The notes under the pieces were generated by a model. That model was not told the DNA's origin and searched no databases. It worked only from the letters and a program-made list of their open reading frames with translations. The position numbers and the translations under genes are program-made. 64,000 nucleotides of DNA from Thermoanaerobaculia bacterium (GTDB lineage: Bacteria > Acidobacteriota > Thermoanaerobaculia > Multivoradales > JAGPDF01), in NCBI GenBank assembly GCA_031403995.1, contig JANNGS010000042.1, positions 4,173-68,172 of the forward strand, read 5' to 3'. Below, one piece after another: positions 9,762 to 17,964 of this stretch; the stretch's first letter is position 1; each line of letters opens with the position of its first letter.

Positions 9762-10987
9762 GCGGTCCTGGCCTGCCTGCCGAGCCCGAAGAGGAGCACG
9801 ATTGCCGCCGCGCCGGCGCAAGCGGCTCCGGCCAGGAAGGCCGCCGGAGCGCCGAAGAGGTGCCAGACGACGCCGAACCAGAGGCTGGCGAGAAAGGTCC
9901 CCATTCCGGCGGCGAGATGGAACGCCCCAAGCGCGCTGCCGGTACCCATCCCGGCCCCGGCTAGCTCGACCACCAGGGCCCGCTCGGCTCCTTCGGTGAG
10001 GCCGTAAAAGGCAGCGTAGAGGGCGACCAGAAGGCAGAGAGCGATCGGGCGCGTAGCAGAGGCGAAACCGGCATAGGCGGCCGCATAGAGCGCCCAGCCG
10101 AGCAGGATGGCTCGTCGCCGGCCGATGCGGTCCGCGAGCCTGCCGCCGGGAACCGAGGCTAGCCATTTCACGACGTGGAAGGCCGACCAGAGAAGGGTCA
10201 GGCCGACCGCGCCGAGGCCCAGGTCGGCGGCGCGCAAGAGCAGGAAGGCATCGCTCGCATTGCCGAGGGCAAAACAGAAGAACGCGACGAGCGCAGCGCG
10301 CAGCGGACGGGGCAGCGGTGTCGCCGGGCTGGTCCCGGACGGGCGGGCGCGAGATTCGCCCGATTGCGCCTGGGCTCGCAGCGCCGCCTCGCGCGGCAGG
10401 CCGAAGGCGACTGTCGCGAAGCCGACGAGCGCGGGCAGGGTCGCCAGCAGAAAGACGGTGCGGACGCCGTCCGGAAAGAAAAGCAGCAGGGCGGCCGCGA
10501 AGAGCGGACCGCAGGCCGCGCCGAGGTGATCGAGTCCGCGATGGTAGGAAAAGGCATAAGCGCGATCCGCCGGTGCGACGGCGTCGGCGATGAGGGCGTC
10601 GCGTGGAGCGGTGCGCAGGCCCTTGGCGAGCCGGTCCCAGAGGCGCAGCGCGACCACCTGGGAGGCGGTCGCCGCGAGGGCGAGAAGCGGCCGCGCGAGG
10701 GCAGAGCCGCCGTAGCCGGCAACCACGAACGGCTTCCTGCGCCCGAGCCGGTCGCTGGCGCGTCCTGCCCAGCCCTTGACCAGCGCGAGCACCCCGTCGG
10801 CGGCCGACTCCATCGCGCCGAGCACCGCCGCACCCCCGCCGAGCGCGGCGAGAAAGCCCGGCAGCAAGGGATAGACCATCTCGCTGGCGACATCCTGAAA
10901 GAAAGAGGCCGAGCCGAGCCGGCGCACCGTCGGCGGCAGGTCGCGCCCGCGGTAGGCGCGCAGGAATCCGGGCGCGGAGGGCTTCAC
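9758..10987 (-). CDS. MFS transporter
   Basis: 409 aa, 12-TM pattern with the MFS signature GRLADRIGRRR. Confidence 0.8.
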   Translation of the reverse strand: MKPSAPGFLRAYRGRDLPPTVRRLGSASFFQDVASEMVYPLLPGFLAALGGGAAVLGAMESAADGVLALVKGWAGRASDRLGRRKPFVVAGYGGSALARPLLALAATASQVVALRLWDRLAKGLRTAPRDALIADAVAPADRAYAFSYHRGLDHLGAACGPLFAAALLLFFPDGVRTVFLLATLPALVGFATVAFGLPREAALRAQAQSGESRARPSGTSPATPLPRPLRAALVAFFCFALGNASDAFLLLRAADLGLGAVGLTLLWSAFHVVKWLASVPGGRLADRIGRRRAILLGWALYAAAYAGFASATRPIALCLLVALYAAFYGLTEGAERALVVELAGAGMGTGSALGAFHLAAGMGTFLASLWFGVVWHLFGAPAAFLAGAACAGAAAIVLLFGLGRQARTA

Positions 10988-11026
10988 TGGGCGGAGTTTA
11001 TGTCGCGCTCCACCCGGAACGTGATT

Positions 11027-12127
11027 TCAGTACCACTCGAGGAGCGAGATGCCCAGGCCGATCCGGGTCGAGCTGGCGTTGTAGTCGATCAGGCTCTCGC
11101 CGTAGCCGTGGAAGATCTGCAGATAGCCCTTGAGATCGCGGCGGATCGGAAAGACCCAGCCGAGCTCGACGGCGCCGTGCGAGCGCTCGCCGCCGCGCAG
11201 CGAATGCCGGGCCATGAGGGAGAGCTCGTGGTCGCGCACGCGCCGCACGATCAGGAGGTCGCCCCGTCCGACGTAGTCCTCGATGTCGGGGTTGTCCTCT
11301 TCGCCCGCGACCTCGGGAAGTCGCCGCCACGGCCGGACCTGGAGTGTCCAGGCATGGCGTTCGAAGCCGATCATGCCGATGATCCGGTTCCAGCTGCGCG
11401 AGTAGGGGAGGTCCTTGCCGTTCGACTGGTGGTTCAGGCTGACACCGAGGAGCCGTCCGTCGAGCCCGAAGAGCCGGTAGCGGGTGCCGAAAACCAGCAT
11501 CAGCTCCGGCTCGTAGTTGGTCTCGCGGAAGGGTCGGGAGTCGGCGCTGTTGTAGATCTGCCAGCGCGACGACTGCGTGTAGCCGAACCAGAGATCGCCC
11601 CTTTCGCCGAAGATCTCCTGCGCGACCTTGGTCTTGAAGCTGATCTGGAACTTCGCCTCCAAGTTGTCCTGACTCTCGGAGGTGTCGACCGAATGCCCGG
11701 GAATGGGGCTCGAAGGGAACTGGTTGGGTTTGTCGGTGTAGACGCCCGGAAGGAGGTACAGCGGCTTGTAGGCGCGCAGACCGAATGTACCGAGCTTGGC
11801 CTTCTTCGTCAGCTCCCAGCGCCCGTCGAGGAGCGAGCTCGCGACCGGCGGCTCCTCCGGGCCGCTTTCCGCGGCCTCCGGCCGGGTCATGAGCTCCGGG
11901 GTCTGCGGCGTCTCCTCGAGGCTGCCCGGGCGCCGGTCGCGGCCCAGCGCGCGGTCGTAGCAGGCCAGGCGCTCGGCGTCCGCGGCGATGCCGACGCAGC
12001 CTTCGGGAGAGATCGGAGCTTCATCCTGGCCGTGCGCCGGCGAGGCTGGAAAGGGAGCGAAGTTGCACAGCAGAGCGAGAGCAAGGCCCCGCAAGGCCTT
12101 TGGTAAGATGCTCGGATTCGCGCTCAC
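11027..12127 (-). CDS. pldA: outer-membrane phospholipase A1
   Basis: OMPLA pattern with catalytic HxSNG (LNHQSNGKD). Signal peptide plus Cys (lipoprotein-like) N-terminus. Confidence 0.8.
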   Translation of the reverse strand: MSANPSILPKALRGLALALLCNFAPFPASPAHGQDEAPISPEGCVGIAADAERLACYDRALGRDRRPGSLEETPQTPELMTRPEAAESGPEEPPVASSLLDGRWELTKKAKLGTFGLRAYKPLYLLPGVYTDKPNQFPSSPIPGHSVDTSESQDNLEAKFQISFKTKVAQEIFGERGDLWFGYTQSSRWQIYNSADSRPFRETNYEPELMLVFGTRYRLFGLDGRLLGVSLNHQSNGKDLPYSRSWNRIIGMIGFERHAWTLQVRPWRRLPEVAGEEDNPDIEDYVGRGDLLIVRRVRDHELSLMARHSLRGGERSHGAVELGWVFPIRRDLKGYLQIFHGYGESLIDYNASSTRIGLGISLLEWY

Positions 12128-12199
12128 TTGGCGCGGTCATGCTAACACTGCGATGTTCAGCCGCCTGTTTGTGCGGCGCTTTCCAAAGGAGCTCCCGAA

Positions 12200-14425
12200 G
12201 TGATTCGAAACCGCTCGCGCCGCGTGCTGCAGGCTACCGCTTCTCTCTCGCTTCTCTGGGCGCTCGTATCCGCCCCCCTGCCCGCGGCCGATGCACATGC
12301 AGGCCCCCGGGCCGTCGTTCTCGGCTTCGACGGCGCCGACGCCAAGCTCACCGAGAAGTGGATGAACGAGGGCAAGCTTCCGAACCTCGCCAGGCTACGC
12401 GACCAGGGGACCTTCTCGCCGCTGCGCTCGACGATTCCCTCGCAGACCCCGGTCTCCTGGTCGACCTTCTCGACCGGACTGAATCCCGGCCGGACCTCGA
12501 TCTTCGATTTCCTGAAGCGCGACACCAAGACCTACCGTCCGAGTTTTGCGGCCTTCGACGAATCCTCCAAGCCTTTCCTGTTCGGCACCAGAAATGGGAT
12601 GGCGGTCGCCGCCATCGCGGCGCTCGCCGTCTTTCTCGTCCTCTTCCTCCTGCTCAAGATCTTCCGTCTCAGCATGCGCGTCGCCGGACTCGTCGCGGGA
12701 GTCCTCGCGATCGCCGCCGGTGCCGGCGGCTTCTGGATTGGGAGCACGCTCCTGCCCGAGAAGGTGCCGTCGGTCATCAACCGGCGCCAGGGAGATCCGT
12801 TCTGGAAGGTTCTCGGCGATGCCGGCAAGCACGTGCGCGTGATGCGCATGCCGGTGACCTTCCCGCCGGAGCCGTTCCCGCACGGCGAGATGCTCTCCGG
12901 TCTCGGAACGCCCGATCTCTCCGGCCGGATCGGCAAGCCGTTCTACTTCACTTCCGAGCTCTTCTTTCAGCCGCGCGGCGGCAACGAGGTGTCGATCGAG
13001 ATCGTCGAGCTCGAGGACAACAAGGGGACGCTCGAGACCGAGATCAAGGGCCCGCCGAACAAGCTCTTTCCGAAGCAATCGGACTACATCCGGATCCCGA
13101 TGACAATCGAGGTCGCGGCCGACAAGTCGAAGGTCGAACTCGCGGTCTCGGACGCCAGGCTCGCGCTCAAGCCGGGGGAGTGGAGCCCCTGGGTGCGCTT
13201 CGTCTTTCCCTTCAATGCCCTGATCAAGGTCTCCGGCATCGGCCGCTTCCGGGTGCTGGCGATCGAGCCCGAAGTGCGGATCTATCTCTCGCCAATCCAG
13301 TTCGACCCCTCCGATCTGCCGGCGATCTTCGACGTCACGGCGCCGCGCGCCTTCGCGGGCGAGCTCGCATCGCGCTTCGGGCTCTTCAAGACGATCGGCT
13401 GGATGATCGACACCTGGTCGATCAAGGGCGGCACGATCGACGACCAGGTCTTCCACGAAGACACGGATTTCACCGTCGTCGAAGAGGAGAAGATTCTCGC
13501 CGGGCTCCTCGAGGACGACTGGGACGTCTACTTCCACTACTTCGAGTTCACCGACCGGGTGCAGCACGTGATGTGGCACCACACCGATCCGCAGCATCCG
13601 CTCCATACACCGGAAGGAGCCGCACGCTACGGCGATTCGATCCTCAAGTCCTACCAGCAGATGGACCGGATCGTCGGCAAGGTGATGGAAAAGGTGGCCG
13701 GCATGCCGGCGGGAACGACGCTGATCATCGCCTCGGACCACGGTTTCGCGCCCTGGCGCCGGACGATGAACTACAACACCTGGCTCGCTACCGAGGGTTA
13801 TCTCGTGCTCAAGGGTGCAAGCGGCGCGCAGGCGAACCTCGAGGATCTCTTCGACCAGGGTCAGTTCTTCCAGGACGTCGACTGGTCGAAGACGCGCGCC
13901 TACGCAATGGGGCTCGGCAACGTCTACGTCAACCTGAAGGGCCGCGAGGGCCAGGGGATCGTGAATCCGGGCGCCGAGTACGAGGCGCTCACCGCCGAGA
14001 TTCGGGCCAAGCTGCCGCAGTACGTCGACCCCCAGAACGGCGAGCATCCGGTCGCCTACGTCTTCACGCGCGACGAGGCTTACGGCACCTACGACCCGGC
14101 GCTCATTCCGGACCTCTTCCCGTCGAACGCCTCGGGCTACCGCGTCGGGTGGCAGGATTCCCTTGGCATCGTCGCCAAGTCGATCGTCGAGCCGAATCTC
14201 GATGTCTGGAGCGCCGATCACTGCTCGGTCTATCCGCCTCTCGTGGACGGCATCCTGTTCGCGAATCGCAAGCTCGACCTGTCGCAGAAGCCCTACATGG
14301 CCGACATCATGCCGACTCTGCTCGCCCTCTACGATGTGGCGCCGACAGTCGCGCTCGACGGCCGGAGCCTGGTCGCCGGAGACGCCGGAGACGCCGGAGA
14401 CGCCGGAGCCGCCGGAGGTCGATGA
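12200..14425 (+). CDS. alkaline-phosphatase-superfamily enzyme (nucleotide pyrophosphatase/phosphodiesterase-like), secreted, with internal TM hairpin
   Basis: GTG start 8 nt after AAAGGAG. Signal peptide, VVLGFDGADAKL metal-site motif, a two-helix hydrophobic insertion, and a C-terminal GDAGDAGDAG tail. Confidence 0.7.
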   Translation: MIRNRSRRVLQATASLSLLWALVSAPLPAADAHAGPRAVVLGFDGADAKLTEKWMNEGKLPNLARLRDQGTFSPLRSTIPSQTPVSWSTFSTGLNPGRTSIFDFLKRDTKTYRPSFAAFDESSKPFLFGTRNGMAVAAIAALAVFLVLFLLLKIFRLSMRVAGLVAGVLAIAAGAGGFWIGSTLLPEKVPSVINRRQGDPFWKVLGDAGKHVRVMRMPVTFPPEPFPHGEMLSGLGTPDLSGRIGKPFYFTSELFFQPRGGNEVSIEIVELEDNKGTLETEIKGPPNKLFPKQSDYIRIPMTIEVAADKSKVELAVSDARLALKPGEWSPWVRFVFPFNALIKVSGIGRFRVLAIEPEVRIYLSPIQFDPSDLPAIFDVTAPRAFAGELASRFGLFKTIGWMIDTWSIKGGTIDDQVFHEDTDFTVVEEEKILAGLLEDDWDVYFHYFEFTDRVQHVMWHHTDPQHPLHTPEGAARYGDSILKSYQQMDRIVGKVMEKVAGMPAGTTLIIASDHGFAPWRRTMNYNTWLATEGYLVLKGASGAQANLEDLFDQGQFFQDVDWSKTRAYAMGLGNVYVNLKGREGQGIVNPGAEYEALTAEIRAKLPQYVDPQNGEHPVAYVFTRDEAYGTYDPALIPDLFPSNASGYRVGWQDSLGIVAKSIVEPNLDVWSADHCSVYPPLVDGILFANRKLDLSQKPYMADIMPTLLALYDVAPTVALDGRSLVAGDAGDAGDAGAAGGR
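14375..14419 (+). repeat. imperfect 9-bp tandem repeat (gccggagac x3, then gccggagcc, gccggaggt)
   Basis: Read directly from the sequence. Encodes (AGD)3AGAAGG at the C-terminus of the 12200..14425 gene, 3 nt before the next start. Confidence 0.6.
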
Positions 14426-15543
14426 GGACGTTCGCCGCGCTGCTCGCGCTGGCTCTCTCAGTCGCCGGAGCCGCGGGGGTTTCCGCCCAAGGCTCATCCT
14501 CCTCGCGTGAGCAGGAGTTGGAGGTGATCCGCGGCGAGATTGCGCGGCTCACGGCGCGCCTCGAGACGGTGAAGCGGTCCGCAGCAGGCATCGCCGGCGA
14601 GCTCGACCGGCTCGAGATCGAGCTCGAGCTGCAATCGCAGAAGGTGGCCGAGGCGGCATCCGCGAAAGCGATCGCCGAAGAGCGTGCCGCGGCCTCCGAA
14701 GCAGCGATCGCCGATCTCGAGCGGCGTCTCGCCGAAGAGCGCCGAAAACTGCGCGAACGGCTCACCGGCCTCTATCGCATGGGGCGTCACGGCTATCTGC
14801 GGCTGCTTCTCTCGCTCACCCCGGGCGAGGCGCTCCTGCCAGCGGTTCGTGCCTTGCGCTTTCTGGCGCGTCGCGATGCCGCCACAGTCGCGAGCTTCGA
14901 GGAGCTTGGCGCCAGGCTCGCGGTGGAGTATCGCGAGCTCGACGCCGAGCGCGAGGTGGCGCGCGGCTGGTTCGCGCGCGAGAACGACCGCCGCGAGCAG
15001 CTGGTGGGCCTCGAGCGCCGCAAGGCGCAGATGCTCGCCGGGACACGCCGCGAGAGCGAGCAGATCACCAGCGCCGCCCTCGAGCTCGGCCTTCGGGCGC
15101 GCAAGCTCTCGAGCCTCCTCGATGCCCTCTATGGCCGCAGCGAACCGGGACTCGCCGGCCTGCCGATCCTGGATTTCCGCGGCCTGCTCGACTGGCCGGT
15201 CGCGGGCCGGGTCACGGTCGAGTTCGGACCGCGTGTCGACCCGCGATACGGGACGCGAGTGCCGCACAACGGGCTCGACTTCGAGACCGTGCCGGGCAGC
15301 GAGGTGCGCGCGGTCTATCCCGGCAAGGTCCTCTTCGCGGCGCCGTTCGAGGGACTCGGGCAGATGGTCGTCGTGCAACATGCCGGACGTGTCTTCACGC
15401 TCTATGCCGGCCTCTCGGAGCTGCGGGTGCGCAAAGAGGATGTGTTACTTCTGCACTCGGTCGTGGGCCGCTCCGGGAGCTCGCTCTATTTCGAGATTCG
15501 CGTCGACAAGAGCCCCGAAGACCCGCGTGTCTGGCTCCGCTGA
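14422..15543 (+). CDS. M23/LytM-domain protein with N-terminal coiled coil (murein hydrolase activator EnvC-like)
   Basis: ATG overlaps the upstream TGA. Signal peptide, about 230 aa coiled coil, C-terminal LytM domain (RVPHNGLDFE...VVVQHAG...LYFEIR). Confidence 0.75.
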   Translation: MRTFAALLALALSVAGAAGVSAQGSSSSREQELEVIRGEIARLTARLETVKRSAAGIAGELDRLEIELELQSQKVAEAASAKAIAEERAAASEAAIADLERRLAEERRKLRERLTGLYRMGRHGYLRLLLSLTPGEALLPAVRALRFLARRDAATVASFEELGARLAVEYRELDAEREVARGWFARENDRREQLVGLERRKAQMLAGTRRESEQITSAALELGLRARKLSSLLDALYGRSEPGLAGLPILDFRGLLDWPVAGRVTVEFGPRVDPRYGTRVPHNGLDFETVPGSEVRAVYPGKVLFAAPFEGLGQMVVVQHAGRVFTLYAGLSELRVRKEDVLLLHSVVGRSGSSLYFEIRVDKSPEDPRVWLR

Positions 15544-15575
15544 CTGCGCGGCATCCGATCCCCGGGCCAGATAAG

Positions 15576-16820
15576 ATGACTCCGATGAACCGATCCGTTC
15601 CGCCTTCGCCGTCCGACCTCCCGCCACGCGATCCGAATCGTTCGCGGCGACGCTTCCTCGCCCTGTCGCTCGTCGTGATGCTGCCGCTCGTCGTCGGCGT
15701 ACTGTGGAGCGCCGCCGAGTCCGGCGACAAAGAGCCGGATCCCGACTCCCTCTACCGCTACCTCGCGATCTTCTCCGAGACCTTGAATCTGGTGCGGCAG
15801 ACCTACGTCGAACCGACCGACATTTCGACCCTCCTCGCCGGCGCGATGGAGGGTTCGACCGACGCTCTCGATCCGTTTTCGATCTATCTGCCGTCCGCCG
15901 TGCCGGCGGCAAAGGAGATGGAGCTGGTTCCGGGGGCCCGCCACGCCGGTATGGTCGTCCTCAAGGACCGCGGAGTCGCCTACGTCGCCGGGGTGGAAGA
16001 GGGGAGCCCTGCGGTCGCCGCGGACATCCAGAGCGGCGACATCCTGTCGCGCATCGGCGGACGGACGACGCGCCAGATGCCGGTGTGGGAGATCAATCGC
16101 GAGTTCGTCCCCACCGACGGCCGGGATCTCGAGCTCGAAGTCGTCCGGCGCGGAGAAACCAAGACGATCCAGGTGAAACTCGCACCCTGGGAGCCGCCGC
16201 CGCCGAGCCTCGAGACAGTGCAGGGTTTCCTGCTGCTGCGGATCCCGCGCATCGACGTCGCCGCGGTGGAGGCGGCGCGGGGGCTGCTTTCCAGGGCCGC
16301 CGCCGAAGGGGCTGTCAAGCTCATTGTCGACCTGCGCGGGATTTCGGGAGGGGACCCCGAAGCCGCTTTTGCCCTCGCCGGGCTCTTTGCTGAAGGCGAA
16401 CTGGGCACACTCCGCGAGAAGGAGAAAGTGGGCAGGAGCTTCGCCGGATTCGGCGCTGCCGGCTATCGCGGGCAACTCGTTGTGCTGGTCGACGGCTTTT
16501 CTGCCGGGGCGGCCGAGATTCTCGCCGCCGTGCTGCAGCAGAAGGCTGGCGCCAAGCTGGTCGGAGTTCCGACCTTCGGATGGGCTGGCGAGCGCTCGCG
16601 CATCGAGCTCGGAGGCGGCGCCCGCCTCTACCTCACCACCGCCTTCTTTGCTGGCCCGGACGGCAAGCCGCTGTCGCAGCGCCTGACCCCCGACCTGCTG
16701 GTCGACGAGATCTTCCGTCGGTTCGAGGAGCGCGAGAAGCCGCTCTCAGAGCTGATCCTGGAACGCGCGATCCGCTTCCTGAACGGTGAGCCGGAGCTTG
16801 TCGAGAAGCAAGCCGCCTAA
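15576..16820 (+). CDS. ctpA: carboxyl-terminal processing peptidase (S41, PDZ-containing)
   Basis: S41 pattern: PDZ (GDILSRIGG), catalytic region (LVVLVDGFSAGAAEILAAVLQ). Confidence 0.85.
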   Translation: MTPMNRSVPPSPSDLPPRDPNRSRRRFLALSLVVMLPLVVGVLWSAAESGDKEPDPDSLYRYLAIFSETLNLVRQTYVEPTDISTLLAGAMEGSTDALDPFSIYLPSAVPAAKEMELVPGARHAGMVVLKDRGVAYVAGVEEGSPAVAADIQSGDILSRIGGRTTRQMPVWEINREFVPTDGRDLELEVVRRGETKTIQVKLAPWEPPPPSLETVQGFLLLRIPRIDVAAVEAARGLLSRAAAEGAVKLIVDLRGISGGDPEAAFALAGLFAEGELGTLREKEKVGRSFAGFGAAGYRGQLVVLVDGFSAGAAEILAAVLQQKAGAKLVGVPTFGWAGERSRIELGGGARLYLTTAFFAGPDGKPLSQRLTPDLLVDEIFRRFEEREKPLSELILERAIRFLNGEPELVEKQAA

Positions 16821-17883
16821 GGCGCCGAAGGGCGGCCGCGGCGCCGCCAACTCCTCCAGAAGGCAGGGCACTCGCCGACGCAAGGCCGGTTCTGCCAGAG
16901 GGTGGACGTTGCTCCTCGCGGGGCTCGCCCTCTTCGCGTTCGGCGCCTTCTTCGGCGAGCGCCTCCTGCGCCGCCTCGCCGCCTGGCGAGCTCCGGCGCC
17001 CCACTCCGCAGCCTCATCCGGGGAGAAGCGTCCTCCGGCGAGCTCCACCGCGCCGCCCGTCCAGGCGGCGAAGCGGCTGCCGAACGCAGTTCCGCCGGCG
17101 AGCACCGACCCTTCTCCGGCTGCCCCGGCCGCGCCAGCTGCTCCTGCCGCTGCCGACGCGGTGTCGCGGCCGGTTCCCGCGCAGCCCAGGGCGCGCGTGG
17201 CGATCGTCATCGACGATCTCGGTCGCGACCCCGATGTGATCGCGATCCTGGGCGCGATCGCCGCCGGCGCGAGCCCGGCGGTGCAGCTCTCGTACGCGGT
17301 CCTGCCGTTCGAGGCGCGCACCGCGGAGGTCGTCGAAGCGCTGCGCCGCCATGGCGCCGAGGTGCTGGTGCATCTGCCGATGGATCCCGAAGGTGCGGAG
17401 GATCCCGGACCGGGTGCGCTCACCATGGAGATGTCGAAGCGAGAGCTCGCGGCGGCGACCGCAGCGGCGCTCGCTGCAGTGCCCGGCGCGGTTGGCGTCA
17501 ACAATCACATGGGGTCGAAGTTGAGTCGCGATCGCTCGGCGATGGCGGCCATCCTGGGCGAGGTTCGGCGCGAGGGGCGGTACTTCCTCGACTCGAGAAC
17601 CACCGCGGAGAGCGTCGGGTTCGAAGTCGCGCGCGAGCTCGGGATCCCGGCGGCGAATCGCGATCTCTTCCTCGACGACGACCCCGCGCGGAGCGCGATC
17701 GCCGCGCAGTTCGCTCAACTCCTGGAGCGCGCCCGCGCGCAAGGCGCGGCCATCGCCCTCGCGCATCCGCGGCCTGCGACACTGGCGGCGCTGGCCGAGG
17801 AGATTCCGCGCGCCGTGGCCCTGGGCTTCGAGTTCGTGCCGGTCTCCTACCTGCTGGAGCGCAGCGAAGAGCTTCCGGAATAG
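16786..17883 (+). CDS. divergent polysaccharide deacetylase family protein (YibQ-like)
   Basis: C-terminal YibQ/DUF610 pattern (RVAIVIDDLG...VNNHMGSK...). Basic N-terminus, TM helix, Pro/Ala-rich linker. The true start may lie downstream of the ctpA overlap. Confidence 0.7.
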   Translation: MSRSLSRSKPPKAPKGGRGAANSSRRQGTRRRKAGSARGWTLLLAGLALFAFGAFFGERLLRRLAAWRAPAPHSAASSGEKRPPASSTAPPVQAAKRLPNAVPPASTDPSPAAPAAPAAPAAADAVSRPVPAQPRARVAIVIDDLGRDPDVIAILGAIAAGASPAVQLSYAVLPFEARTAEVVEALRRHGAEVLVHLPMDPEGAEDPGPGALTMEMSKRELAAATAAALAAVPGAVGVNNHMGSKLSRDRSAMAAILGEVRREGRYFLDSRTTAESVGFEVARELGIPAANRDLFLDDDPARSAIAAQFAQLLERARAQGAAIALAHPRPATLAALAEEIPRAVALGFEFVPVSYLLERSEELPE

Positions 17884-17964
17884 GCGCGCAGCGCTGCTTC
17901 TGGAGTTACGAAGCGCGCAGCGCCGGCACTTGAACTTACGAGGCGCGCAGCGCGGCTTCTGGAC

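Noticed and set aside
8211-12106. Plus-strand ORFs 8211..10007 (598 aa) and 10175..12106 (643 aa)
   Set aside because: Antisense to the sigma, MFS and pldA genes. Low-complexity Arg/Gly/Ala-rich translations.
12100-14421. First 770 aa of the 1147-aa ORF 12100..15543 (+)
   Set aside because: R/P/G-rich translation with no domain. It is out of frame with the well-supported AP-family gene 12200..14425. Only the C-terminal 373 aa (from the ATG at 14422) form the real EnvC-like gene.
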